Origin: Cyanophora paradoxa CCMP329
Taxonomy: Eukaryota > Plantae > Glaucophyta
Assembly (NCBI GenBank): GCA_004431415.1
Contig: QPMI01000610.1
Span: forward strand, 124,001-188,000
Direction of reading: 5' to 3'
Length of the DNA stretch: 64,000 bases
Translations under genes and position numbers: made by a program
The notes under the pieces: model-generated
What the model was told of the DNA's origin: nothing
What the model saw: only the letters and a program-made list of their open reading frames with translations
Databases searched by the model: none
Shown here: piece by piece, positions 46,222 through 59,500 of the stretch
How positions within the stretch are numbered: the first letter of the stretch is position 1
How the letters are laid out: the number at the start of each line of letters is the position of its first letter

Positions 46222-49200
46222 CTATCTCTTGGAGCGGGGGCCCGTGCCGGGGGGCGTGGCGCCCGCGGACGCAGAGCCCCCCTGCGAGCGCGAGGCGTCG
46301 CTCCCCGGGGCGGCGGCGCCCCCGACGGCCGAGCCGAGCCCGGCGGCGCCGGCGAGGGGCGGGGCGCCGGGGCCCTTGGCGGCCTTCCAGGCGCCGGGGC
46401 GGCGGTCGGGGTCGGGGCCGGCGGAGCGGGCGAGGTCGGCGATGAGGGCGGAGAGGCCGCCGATCTGGCGGCGGTGCGCCGCCGCCATCGCGTCCATACG
46501 CTCCTGCACGTTCGCGATCCGGTCCGTCTGCGCCCCGGCCCGCGCCCCCGTCAGCCGAGGAGGGGCCGGCCGCGGGGGCCGGGGCGGGGCGGGGCGGGGC
46601 GGGGTGGGGGCGGGCCTGGAGGAGGGCGAGGGACTCAAGGGTGCGCTTCATGCGGTGCACCTGGTCCCCCTGCTCCGCCAGCGCCCGCTCCAGGCCCACC
46701 TGCATGCACACCAGCGCTGATCATGAGCGCCAGCGGCGGGGGCGGGGGCGGGCGGGGGCGCCTTGAGGCCGATGAGGTTGAGCTCGACGTCGCCCACCAT
46801 GCGCGTGAGCGCCGCCGTCCCCTCGCTCCTGCCCCGAGTCGACGTCAGCGGGGGTGGACCTCGATGCGGGCGCGGGGGGCGCAGGGGCACCGGGCGACGT
46901 CGGCGGAGGAGGGGAGCGCCCCGGACCCGGGCCCGGGCGCGGATCCGGGAGCCCCCGCCGGCGCCGCGTCGCCGCCGGCGGGGGGCGCCGCGGGGGCGGG
47001 GCGGCGGGGCCGGGGCCGGCGCTGGTGAGCTGGGCGTAGCCGGCGGGGTCGAGGCAGCGGAGCAGCCGCGCCTCGTGCGAGTCCGCCTCCTGAGGCGATG
47101 AACGTCAGCTGAACATGCACACAGAATATGCTTTCAGAGTCTGGATCTGGAGGGCCGCCGGACCTGGAGCCTGGCCTCGATCTCGGCGGTGGCCCCCCCG
47201 GCCGCCTCCTCCGCCCCGGCGGCCCCGAGCAGGAACGAGCCGCGCGACTGCAGCATCGACGCCGAGCGGGAGCCGAGCCTGCGCCCCGCCTCCTCGCGAT
47301 CGGGCCCGCCCGCGATCGCCGCCTCGGCGGCGTGCGCGTGCGGCGGGGCCGGGTGCGCGAGGTCCCCGCCGGAGACCATCTTGACGGCGCTGGAGACGCC
47401 GGCGGCGAGGCTGTGGCTCATGCGGCGCGAGAGGCGGCGCAGCGAGCCGAGCACGGAGGGGCGGCGGCCCTCGCCGCCCTCCCCCGCCTCCTCGTCCCAC
47501 GCGTGCGCCTCCGACGCCGGGTGCACCTGCGCCCCGGCCCGCCGCTCAGCGCTCTCGAGCCGCGGGTTCAGCGAGCCGGGGGCCGGGGGCCACAGCGGCG
47601 GGGGGCGGACCTTGGCGGCGTTGAAGCCCTTGGGGGCGGGCGCGGGGCCGCGCGGGGCGCGGCCGGGGCCCTCCCTCCCGAGGCCCTTGAAGGCCCGCAG
47701 CGCCTTCCCCACCCCCTGCGCCGCCCCGAACCGCTGCGAGCCCGAGCTTGCAATTAAGCCCGAGAGCGACCTCGAGACCTCGAGCTCAAGGCGGGCGGGC
47801 CTTCTTGGAGAGGCGGCGGGCGAGGGCGGCGGCGCAGGCGGCGAGGACGGCCCGCTCCGTTGCCAGCATCTCCTCCGCCGCCTGCGGGGCGAGCCGGGAG
47901 GAGTCAGGGGCCAGGCGGCCGCGAGGGCGGCTGTTGCCAGGGTCGGCGGGGCCCGCGGCCGGAGCGGACGTGGGCGATGCGCGGCTCGCGCTGCATGAGC
48001 TCGGAGACGGATTGGTTCCACTGCCCGACGCGCATCCCCTGCGCCCGCCGGTACGACTCCGTGAAGATGGCACTGCGCGCGCGGGGTCATCGTTTTGCAG
48101 ACTTTCGCGGCAATTTGCAGATTTTCGCAGCAATTCGCAAAAAAATGGCATTTTTAAAAAAGACGAAAAGCCTGCGTCTAGATCTAGAACCCCGGCCCCG
48201 CGATGGCGGCGGCGAGCACACATGAAGAGGTTGATGAGGACGAGGGTGGCGGCGGTGACGAAGGCGGCGAGCAGCAGCGGGCCGGCCACGCTTCCCGCCT
48301 GCGCATGCGGGCCCCGTCAGAGCATGCCTAGACCTGGGACCGTGCCGGCGGGGCGGGGCGGGCCTGCTGGAGGGCCTCCATGTCCTGCGTGAAGTCCCCG
48401 AACGTGATCCGGAACATCGTCTGCCCGCCCGGGCCCGGCGCCCCGTCAGCTGCGGGCCGAGGGCGGGGCGGGCGGGGCGCACGAGGAGGGACCACTCGAG
48501 GGTGCGGAAGATGTACACCGACGAGCCTGCGGGGGTCGATTGCAGGCCCAGGGGGCGGGGCGGGCGGGGTGGGGGGGGCGGGGCGGACCGAAGGCGACGT
48601 GCATGGCGAGGGAGAAGGCGACGATGACGATCCCGTACACCGCCGAGAAGGTCAGCACCGGCGGCGACACGAACGTCTGCGCCGAGGATCAGGCGGGGGC
48701 GCGAGGCCGGCGCGGGGGCTGGGCCGGGGACGGGGGGCGGGGCGCGCGTTGAAGATGGCCTGGACGATGGGGCCGACGACGGGGAAGAGGCGGATGAAGA
48801 TGAGGGTCTTGAGCCAGGCGAGCACGAGGACGACGGCGATGAGGTCCGCGAAGGCCCCGTACACGTCCGCCGCGTACGAGAGGTCCACGTACGTCTCGTC
48901 CTGCCGCAGCGTGAGAAGAGGGGAGCGGGGGCGGGGGTGGGGGCGGGCCTGGGGCCGCCAGTCGATGGCGTAGACGAGGTACTCGAAGACGCAGCGGTAA
49001 ACGATCACCGCCAGCCTGCGCCCCGCGGCCGCTCCCTCGCTCGCTCCCTGGGGGCGGGGGGGCGGGGCGGGGCGGGGCGGGGGCGCGCATGACGGCGTGC
49101 ATGAAGCAGGCGTAGTAGTTGGAGGGGTTGGCGAGGTACGCGAGCCGCAGCCGCCGCGCCGCCAGCACCTCCAGCGCCACGTACTGCCCGTGCCCCCGGG

Positions 49201-52200
49201 GCCGCGTTAGAAGCTCATCGATCGCGGCGGCAACACGGCGTGGCGGGTGCGGGGCGGGGGCCGGGGGCGCGCACGTAGAGGGCGACGAGGGCGACGGTGA
49301 GGGCGAGGATCGCGTCTGCCCCGCGTCCGGGGTGTGAGTCGCTCGGAAATGTTGAATTTCCCGGAAGCTGGGGGCGCGGGGCGGACAGAGGGCGTCGAAG
49401 GCGGAGTAGGCGCGGCGGAGGCGCATCGTCGTGAACTGCAGCGACGGCCTGCGCCATTCGGCAGCGAAATCACTTCGGCTCTAGGTCGTGGGCGAGGAGG
49501 GGACCGGGCCGGGGCTGCGGGCGCACCGGATGGCGCCGGTGGAGGGCATGTAGAAGGCGAGGCGGGCCACACCCGCCAGCCCTTCGAAAGCGGATGGCGC
49601 CCGATGTCAGAAGCAAGGAGAGAAGAAAGTATGCGAGACAGGCGCGGGCGGGGCGCGGGGCGGGCGGACCGACGTTGGCGTTGTAGAGGTTGAACTCGGC
49701 GAGGACCGCGTACGTCTGCCAGTCCACCCACCGCTGCCCGAGGCGCGCGGCGGGGATCCGGAGTCAGCGCTCGAGACTGCGGATCCGGAGGCAGTCTTGA
49801 TCTTGGGCGGGGCGGGCGCACGTTGGCGCGGAGGTCGGCGAGGAGGGCGCGGGCGGCGGCGAGGTCCGTCGGGAGGTCCGCCACGAAGCCCCCGCCCCCG
49901 AGCCGCCCCGGCACCACCCCCCTTTCGAATTTCCCCGCCGCGAGAATAAATTTGGGGCGGCGCAGATGATGGAAAATGGGACGCGGGCGGACGGGATGTG
50001 GGCGGCGCCGAGGGGCGGGGCGGTCCCCGGGCTGTACTCGAAGGCGGGGCCCGCCCCGAACGGCCGCCGATCCTCCGTCTGCCCCGCCCCCGCCCCCGGA
50101 ATCAGAGTCGAGTCTAGATCTTCGCAGAAGGGTCTCGGGCTCGGGGCGCGCACGGAAGGACCCCACTCGCCGTAGCACTTGCCGAGGGTCCCCTCCGCCC
50201 CCAGGAACTCCCCCGGGACCTGCCCGCGCGGCGTCAAATCAAAGACAAAATTACAGGGGCAGGCCAGGGGGCGCGCCGCGCAGGAGTCGTCGCGGATGCG
50301 GAGCTGGCGGAGGCGGACGCGCCCGAGCAGCCGGTGCTGGTAGTACACGAAGCCCCTGCGCATGCGCATGCGCCGCCCGAAGGCGCATCCGGAACTCGAA
50401 GTCATGATCGATGTTTTAGACGAGAGGCGGGGGACGAAATTTATTCGGGTCATTTCTATGCGCGTGCTGCAAATCCAATCTCTGATGAGAGGGTATTTAG
50501 AGATGGGACGAGGTTTCGCACCGGTCTTCAGGGGAGAGGAGGGAGCCCGGGTACCAGCTCTCGACGAACATCGACTCCAGGAAGGGCCCTTGCAGGTACT
50601 GGCGGCGGCGAAATTAATTCAACAAAGAGAAGGGGCATCATCTTTAATTTATTTAGTCGAGGGCGCGCGTATACGTACCCCCCAGAGGTCCTCGATGGTG
50701 ACGACGGAATCCCACGAGACGCGGGCCCCTCCCCGCTCCGACCCCTCGAACTCGGGCGCCCCCGTCAGCAGGTCTGCGCGCGGGGGCTTAACATTTAATC
50801 TTGAGAATTAACGATTCTTAAATTTGACTTCCGAGTTCCATCGCAGGCAGGGCGGAGAAGGCCGGGCGCGCACCGCGGACGCTCTCCGCAAAGTAGAACG
50901 CGTCCTCCCGGTTCTGCGCATGCCGCCGAGTCGTCCGGAAAATTACACTTCGAATTCGAAGCGCGGGGCGGAACGGGACGGGACGGGCGGGCCTGGGTGA
51001 AGCCGACGGAGGCGGTGACGGTGAGGAGGACGGTCCACGCGAGGTACAGCGCCGACGTCTTCCACACCTGCCCGCCCCGGCCCCGCGCGCCGGCCCTTAT
51101 TCAGCAGACGTCCGCTTCGGTTGCGGGCGGGGCGCACGGTGCGGAGGGCGAACTTGCGGCGGAGCCTCCAGACGGCCTCCACGGCGATGACCGGCTGCAG
51201 CAGCCGCTGGCCCGCCCCGGGGCCCGCCCCCGCCCGCCCCTTCTCCTCCTGCCCCCGCAGCCCGAAACCGTGAGATCTCTAGAGGGCCGTGAAAAAGTCC
51301 GCTTGATTGCAATATCGATTCCGAACCCGCGCGTGCTCCGCGGCGGCTGCAGCAGCGGCGGCGGCCGCTGCCACCGCGTTCCCGCCGTGGAGCGAATTCT
51401 CCGCTTGCACCTGGCACGATCGCGAAGAGCAAGCTTAAGTGAGTAAAATGAGAGCTTCGATCACAATTATGTAATTATCAGGATGCGCGGATCTTGTGCG
51501 GCTAAGCGGGGCGGGCGGGCGGGCCGGGCGGGCGCGGGTGCCTGGGCGGCCTCGGCGGCGGCCTTGGACTGGGCGCGCCGCATGCGCTCCACCGTGTCCA
51601 CCACCAGCGCCCTGCCCATGCCGCCCCGCGTGAGGCCGGGGGATCGGCGGGGCGGGGGCTGGGGCGGGCCAGTCGTAGGGGGTGAAGCCGGCGGCGTCGG
51701 GCACGAGGGCGCCCCGCCCCCCGCCCTGCTTGCACAGGAACTCCACCACCTCCACGTGCCGGTCTAACGAGAATCAGAAGAGGAGGCGGGAGGAGGGAGG
51801 GGGAGGGGGGGGCACAGAGGACGGCCCAGGCGAGGGCGGAGCGGCCGCTCTCGGCGTCGGCGACGCCCGCGTCCGCGCGCCCCTTCTCCACCAGCAGCCG
51901 GCACGCCTCCACCTGGCCCTCCTGCGAGGAAATTAGGCGGAAATGTGGGACCGTCTAAACTCTGCGATTCTGCGCGCCTGGGCGGCGCGGATGAGGGGCG
52001 TGCGCCCCTTCGAGTCCCGAGCGTCCACCCCCGCCCCCAGCTCCGGGGAGCTGAGAAATCGAAAGAAGTAATTAGATTCGGCAGGATTATAATTAAAATC
52101 AGAGGCGCATTAAATTTGGGCTGGAAGAGAGGCCGCTCGAGCTCACCGCAGGAGGCGCTCGATGACGGCGACGTGGCCCCGCCCCGCCGCCGCGTGCAGC

Positions 52201-54816
52201 TGCGAGCGAATTCGCCGAGTCGAATTAAATTCAATTCAAAGCGTCCGCCGGGGCGGGGCGGGGCGGGGCGGGGCGGACGGCGGTGGCGCCGGTGTCGTCT
52301 GCGTAGCCGACGTCGACGTTGTTCTGCAGCAGGAGGCCCACCGCCCGCGTCCGCCCTAGCTCTGCCGCCTGCCCGCGCGAGCGTCAATTTCGCAACGACC
52401 CGGTTTTCCCCGTCCAACTCTACATCCAATTCGAAGGGGCGCGCCTTGAGGAGGACGCGCTCGTAGAAGTGCTCGACGGTGCCGAGGTCCTCGACGGCGT
52501 CGGGCGAGGCCAGGCCCTCCGCCTCCACCGCCCCCTCCACCAGCGCCACCACCTGCCCGGGCCCCCGCTCAGCTCGGCTTGGCCTAGGAGGGGCCTGGGG
52601 CGGGGCGCTCAAGCTTGGCGCGCCTCCCAGGAGACGTCGACGCCGCGCTCGACGAGGAGCCCCGCGCAGACGAGCACCCCGCGCTCCACCGCCAGCTTCA
52701 GCAGCGTCTGCCCCGCCCCCTTCAGGCGCCGGTTTAATTTGCGGTCGGGGCGGGGGGCCGGGCCTGGAAGACGGGGCTCTTGAAGTCGGCGGCGGCGTCG
52801 TGGCGGAGCAGGACGACCGCCACCCCGTGGTGCCCGTTCTGCGGCCCGCTCTGAGCTCCGCCTTCAGTAGTAATGGTCTTGGGCTGGGGCACCTGGGTGG
52901 CGAGGGCGAGCGGGGTGGCCCCGTCGGCGTCGCGCGCGTTGATGTCCGCCCGGTACTGCTCGATCAGCACCCGCACCAGCCCGTCTGCAGCGGCGCGCTC
53001 AGCTTGTGGAGCGGTCGGGCTCGCAGAATATCGTGAGAGACAAAGCGGGGCGCGGGGGCGGGGCGCGCCGTGGCCGAACTCGGCGGCCTCGTGGAGGGCG
53101 GAGCGGAGGCGGTCGTCCCGCGCGTTCACCTCGCACCCCCGCTGCACGCACATCGCCACGATCTGCCGTCGATCGAGACGCCCCCGTCAGATCTAGAGTT
53201 TATGGAACCACGGGGGGCACGAGCTCGAGCTGCGCCCGGGTGGGAGCTCGAGGGACCTGGTCGGCGGCGAAGCGGGCGGCGAGGATGAGGAGCTCGACGA
53301 GGAGGTGCTCGTTCAGCGCCACCCCGTTCTGCGCCCCGGCATCCCGCCCCGTCAGACCTGGCGGCACGCCTCCGGGGCGGGGCGGGGCGCGGGCGGCCCG
53401 CGGCGCGCCTCGTCGAGGAGGCCGAAGAACTCCACGTCATTCTCCCCCACCGCTGCCCACCGAACCCGGGGTGAGAGGGAGCACGGGTGGTGGCCCGGGG
53501 CGGAAAGGCGGCCGGCGCGAGGCCGCGCGCGGTGCTTGACACGGGCGCGATTCATTTAGATGGCCAAGTTCAGTTTAGTCCTCTGCGGACGTGTGGGGGC
53601 GGACCGTCGCGGATGAGGGCCTTGGGCTTGGCCTCCTGCAGCGAGAGCCTCGCCCCCTGCGCCCGTGGCCTCAGGGCGCGCCGGGCCGGGGCCGGGGCCG
53701 GGGCCGGGGGCGGGGGCGGGCGGGCCCGCTTGGAGAGGAGGGCGACGACGCGGGCGCGGCGGTGCTTGAGGGCGTGGAAGAGCGCCGTCTCCCCCTCCTC
53801 CGTCGCCACCTGCGCGCGATCGCGAGACGCCCGCCGTCAACGTTGGGCCTTCAGTTACGAGGCCGTCGAGGCCGGCGGGGCCGACGCGGCAAGAGGGCCT
53901 CGACGCGTTACAAAATCGATATTGTGTTTGTTTTATGAAATGCAGGAGCTGTTGTTCAAACGCGTGGCGCCGAGGCGGGCGGGGTGGGGGGGCGGGCCTG
54001 GACGTCGGCGCCGGCGTCGATGAGGGCCGTCGTCGTCGCGTCCATGCGCCGCTTGCACGCCGTGATCAGCGCCGTCTCCCCGCTGGCCCCGCCTCAGAGC
54101 ACGCGGCGCGACAAATCCAGGGGGGGTGGAGGCGGCGAAGGCCCGGGATAGTAATCCGGCAGGGCGGGGCGGACCGCTTGTTCTGAAAGTTGATGTTGGC
54201 GCCGCGCTCGAGGAGGAACTGCACAATCTCCACGTGCCCCGCCTGCGCGCAGGGGCCGCCTGAGGAGGCGCCGGGGGGCGCGGGGCGGGGGCGGGAGGGG
54301 CCGGGGGCGGGCCCCGGCGGCGGAGAAGAGGGCGGTGTTGCCGGCGGCGTCCGTCGCGTCCACCGCCGTGCTCCGGCTCTCCAAAATGTTCTGCCCCGCC
54401 CCTCAGCGACCGGGGATGATGAAGATGGAGGAGGAGGGAGGAGACGCGCCTTGACGGTCTCCAGGTCGCCGCGCCCCGCTGCGGGAAGTGCAAGCTCGAG
54501 GGGAGGCGGGCGGGGCGGGCTTTGATTCCGAGTTGGGACGCACCGGAGTTCCAGAGGTCGAGCTTCTCTTCCAGGGTCGCCCGCAGCGCCGCGCTCGCGT
54601 ACTCCAGCGGCGTCTTCGCGTTCGAGTCTGCGCGGGCGGAATTCGACGCTTGAGCCCGAGCGCGGCTCGAGCGGCGCGTGGAGGGCGGGGCGGGGCGGGG
54701 CGGGGCGGGGGCGGGCCCTTGGCGGCCATGTCGGCGCCGGCCTCTAGGAGGGCCAGCGCGATCTCCACGTGGTCGTGCTTGCACGCCTCCTGCGCGCGCG
54801 CCCGAGTGGGGCGAGG

Positions 54817-54852
<36 letters not shown>

Positions 54853-56261
54853 GGGGCGGAGCGGCGGGGGCGGACGTGCAAAGGAGTGACGCCCCACTTA
54901 TCCGGCACGTTCTTGTCGGCCCCCTGCTTCAGCATCCACGTCATCATCCCCGCGTGCCCGTCTGCGTGTGCAGCGCCGCACGATGAAAGTTAGCTATAGG
55001 ACGATGATGATGAGGGGGCCGCAGCGGGCGGCGCGCGGGGGCGCGCACATTCGGCGGCGAGGTGGATCGGGGCGCGGGCGTCCCAGTCCTGCGCCCCGGG
55101 GGCGGGCGCGCGGTCACGATCGGCTCTTGCGGAAAGGGGAGAAGATCCGGAGGGGGGAAGGCGGCGGGGGGTACCTGGATGTCCAGGCTGACGCGGCCGC
55201 TCTCGACGAGGTGCTTTAGCGTGTCCACGTTACCCGCCCTCGCCGCGTGGAACTGACGGGGGGTACGCGATCACGGGGGTACGGGCACGTGGGCCAGGGG
55301 TACCGCACCATCTCCCACGAGACGTGCCGCAGGGACCGTTCGATGAGCTTCGAGCGCAGCTCCTCGCTCGCCACGTCCTGCGGGGGTACAGTCGGTTCGG
55401 GATCGGTGGGGTACAGCCTGACTTGCAGCCGGGCACCAGGGGGGTACGGTTCTGCGAGTCGCGAATGTTGAGGTCCGCGCCCACGTCGACGAGGATCATC
55501 GCGAGCTCGGGGAAGTTGTTCATGCACCTGCGCGCGCGGACCCCTTCAGAAGGGCAGCGCGGGCCGGGGGGAAGGGGAAGAAGCGGGGGGCGGGGGTAAG
55601 GGGCACACGCTTCGTGAAGTGCGGTTACGCCCCACTTGTCCTGCGCGGACCGGAGCCTCGGTTAGAGCTCGAGGGGGCGGGGGGAGGGGGGGGACGTGTT
55701 TGGGGGGTACGGCGGGCCTGGATGTTCTTCTCGGCGCCGCTCTGGAGGAGCAGCTCGAGGAGCGCCCTGTGGCCCTGCGCGGGTGCCGGCTCGAATCAGA
55801 GGCGGCCCGCGTCCGCGCCGACCTCGAACCCCCGGGGGCTGTTGAGGCGGGGGCCGGGGTGGGGGCGGGGGCCGCGGCGCGGTGGGGGGGGAGGGGGAGT
55901 GGGGGCTCACGTAGTTTGCGGCCATGTGGATGACCCGCCGGTCGTCCTGGCGCCCCGAGTGTAAGCTCGAGTCAAGCGCAGCTAAGCCCGGGCGGGAGGG
56001 GGCGGCCCCGGCCCGGGGCGGGGCGGGGCGGGGCGGGGCGGGGCGGGCGGGGGCACCCAGTCGGCGACATCGGGGTGGATGCCCTGCGTGAGTATCTTCT
56101 GCGTCTCCGCCAGGTCTCCCTTCTTCACCCTGCGCGCCCCGCCCCCGCCACGATCAGCTGCAGCTGCAGCGCTTCGCCGGCGCCGCCGCGCGCGAGGCCG
56201 GGGCGCCGGCGTGCGAGGGGGCTAGGGCTGCGTACGCGAGGAACAGGTCCCACGCCGACAT
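46222..56261 (-). CDS. Ankyrin-repeat-containing polycystin-2 (TRPP/PKD2)-type cation channel, many exons
   Basis: The 5' half encodes many ankyrin repeats (GVTPLHEACKHDHVEIALALLEAGAD, GNTALFSAA..GHVEIVQFLLERGANIN, GATPLALA, GRSALAWA). The 3' half has S1, TOP-domain motifs LLGRVRLRQLRIRDDSC and WVDWQTYAVLAEFNLYNANV, S4 LAWLKTLIFIRLF, S5, pore TMFRITFGDF, S6 GPLLLAAF..LINLF and a C-terminal coiled coil. Confidence 0.72.
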
Positions 56262-56539
56262 GGCTGCTGCTCGGGCGCGCCCCCGCCACCGTGCGCCTCC
56301 GCCGCCGCCGGCGGGGCCGAGCGGGCGGGCCCCACGTCGAGCGGCCGCGGCCGCGGTCGCCTCCCCCCGCGGGCCGCTAAGGCTGCCACGGCTCGCTGCG
56401 CCTCGATTCCCTGTTGTACTCGATCCTCTCCAACCACAATGTCTTTCGCTGCAACTTTGGAGCTAAGCCGACGGCCGCTAGGCGCGCCACGGGCGCGTAC
56501 GCAGGCCAACCAAGCTTAAGCGCTACCGCTGTCAAAAGG

Positions 56540-59500
56540 ATGCCGAGCGCTCTCGTATGCTTCGCCTGGGCTCTTCGGCCTCCCAGCGCCCGCCTGTGAT
56601 AGTTTGGACTCTTCGGAGCCGCCGGCGGCCCGCCGGGCCCTGTTCAGAGCCGCCGTGGATGCTGCTGCCCCCTCGAACCTCATCGGCGAAGCGGCGCGTG
56701 CATGTACCCCTTGCATGCGGCGCAGCAGCACCGGACCCTGAAGGTTGAGCTTGCAGGGTTGCTCATGCGCGTACGACGTCGACGTAGCTTGGACTGGTGA
56801 GGCCTGGTGAGGCCGAGGGCGCGCCCAACATGGGCGGCGGCCTCAGTGCTGAGAAGCATTCGGTCAGCCATACGTGCCAAAAACAGAGCGGGGCAGTAGC
56901 TGAGCGCGCCGCCCGCAGGTGCCGGAGGTAGGGGCTGCAGATGTGGCGCGCGTGCTGCTGCGGAGTACTCGGGTTGTCGTGCTCACAGGAGGCGGCCCGC
57001 GGGTGCGCCGAGCTCGAGCGGGAACTAGGGGACCAGCGGCTCGCAGATGCCGCGGGCCATGCTCGCGCAGTCTAACATCCATTTCAGGCAGCGGAGAAGG
57101 AAGCGCAGATCCGCTCGGTGGCTAGCATTGATGTGTTCCGGTCCGCCACTGCGTCCGCCCACCGCCCGGGCGTCAGCTAACCCGCGCACGCCGGCTCCAT
57201 GGCCAGGTCGGATCCCAGTGCAATATGGAAGGTAGCTAGCATGCGCAACCCCTGAAGCCTGGCCGGCTGCGCGGGCGCACTAAGCGGGGCGCGCGCACGC
57301 GCCGACAGGCCATCCGAGAGCACGTGAGGGGCGGGGCGAGGCCGGACCGGCGGGAGGCGCGGGCCGACCTCGCGGTACGCCCGCCGCGCGCGTCGCCCCG
57401 CTCCCGCCCGCGGCGGCGGCCCCGCGGCGGCTGAGGCGGCGGGGGCGGCGCGCAGGCGCTCGCCCAGCTCGAGCAGCTGAACCTCGTCCACGCCGTCGTC
57501 ACGCAGGCGCGCCCCGCCGCCGCCGCCCCGGCGCCGCCCCCCGCTGACCGCCGAGCAGAGCGTGGACGGATGCCACCTGGTCCGGCTGCCGCACCCCCGC
57601 CCCCTGGGCGGGCGGGGCTGACGGGGCGGGGGGCGGGGGCGCAGGAGGCGGGGAGCAAGCACGTGGTGGAGGTGGACGGGAGCTTCATGCGCGCCCGCTG
57701 CACCCAGTGCGACGCCACTGCCTCCGTCCGCGCCCCCGCCCCGCCCCGCCCCGCCCCGCCGGGCCGGGCCGAGGCGCCGGGGCGCTCCTCAGGTGCGGGA
57801 GCTGAACATCCTGAAGGGGCGCCTGCCGCCCCGCTGCGACTCCTGCGACGGCCTCCTCAGGCCCGACGTCGGTCCGCCCGCCCCTGGACGACCGTTCCGA
57901 TCTGATCTGAATTCAATCTGATCTGATCTGGCCCCCGGGGCAGCGCTGGCGGGGGAGTCGAAGCGGGCGGCGGAGCGGCAGCTGGCGCAGCGCGAGCTCG
58001 CCGGATGCGACTGCGTCCTTCTCGTGCGCTCAGATCTGATCTGATCCGAACCGATCCGGTCTGATCCGGGCAATGCGGCAGCTGGGGGTGGAGAACCCGT
58101 CGACGGAGCTGCCGTCGGTGGCGAAGGCGGCCGACGCCGTCGTCATCGAGATGGGCGCCCAGGTGACCCCGCCCGCCCCTCGCCGCCCCTCGCCGCCCCG
58201 CCGCCCCGCACCGACGGGGCCGGCAGCGGACGGACTTCACGGGGAAGATGGCGGACCTTTTCGCCCCGGGGGCCCCCGAGGCCCTCCTCCCCGAGGCGCG
58301 CCAAATCCGGTCCGATCCGACCCGATCCGGGCCGGTCTGAGCCTGGCGGCAGGTGCTGGCGGAGGTGCGGCGGCGGCTGTGGCACGAGTTCCGCATCTTC
58401 GCCGAGGGCGTCGACGCCGACGACGAGGCCGAGGGCGACGAGGGCGCCGGCGAGGGCCCCGAGGGCGACGCCGGGGGCCCCGAGGGCGGCGCCCGCTCCC
58501 GCTCCCACGGCCCCGCCCTCGACACCGCCGACGGCGAGACCGACTCCAAGGGCGCGTGGCCCCTTGCCGCGCTCGCCCCCTTCCCTGGGCTGAGCTCGCG
58601 GGGGCGCAGTGGAGGGCCTGCGGGCGCTGGAGTCCGGGCGCGTGGGGGAGAGCGTGATGGGGAGCGCCCGCTCGGGCCGCTTCAGCGCCCGCTCCTTCCA
58701 GCAGGCCGGCGCCTGGACCGACCGCAGCGCCCGCGCCGGCCCCGGCGGCGGCAGCGGCTTCATGAGCGCCCGGGGCGGGCCCAAGGCGAGCGCGCGGGGC
58801 GGGGGCGACGGGACAGGCGGCACCTCGCGGAGCATGGTCGCCGGGAGCGCCCGGGCCCGCCCGGCGGCGACTCGAGCCGCAGCTGGGCGGTGCGCTGCGC
58901 CGCGGGCCGCCGCCGCCGCCCACCCCGTGCGGCCCTCGTGCGGCCGCCGACGCCTCCCCCTCAGATGGTACCCGACTCGGCGCGCTCGGGCGTGTCGGAC
59001 GCGTCGATGACGGAGACGGCGCGGGCCGCAAAGCTCGCCGCCCTCAAGAAGAAGGCCTGGGGCGCCGGCGGCGGCCTCGGCGCCCCCGGCCCCGACGACG
59101 ACGCCGGCGGCTGGGGTGCCCCACCCGCCCACAGCCGAGCTCGCGCCCGCTCTGACCTTCCCCCTCGCCGCAGAGGACGGGGGGGAGGAATCCCCGGGGG
59201 AGGAGGCGACGGACCCCTCGGGCCCGGCGCCGGCGGCGGCCGCAGCTGCCGGCGGCGGCGCCGGCGGGGGAGGGGCGGGGAAGGGCGGGAAGAAGATGAC
59301 GAAGGCGGCGCTGAAGGCGCAGAGCGAGAGGGCGGTCTTCGGGGGCGCTGGCGGGGGCGCCCCCGCCCCGCCCCAGCGCAAGCGCTTCGAGCCGGGGCTG
59401 GGGGCGGTGCCCGAGGTGGGCCCCGACGGGGCCTGCGAGGAGCTGGCGCTCTACGAGGAGGCCGAGGAGCTTGCCAAGATCCCCAGCGCCCACTCCGCCT

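Noticed and set aside
54818-54849. Long G/C homopolymers (also 21204-21229 and 30386-30407)
   Set aside because: They are intronic extremes of the general G/C-run bias, and their lengths are unreliable in assemblies.
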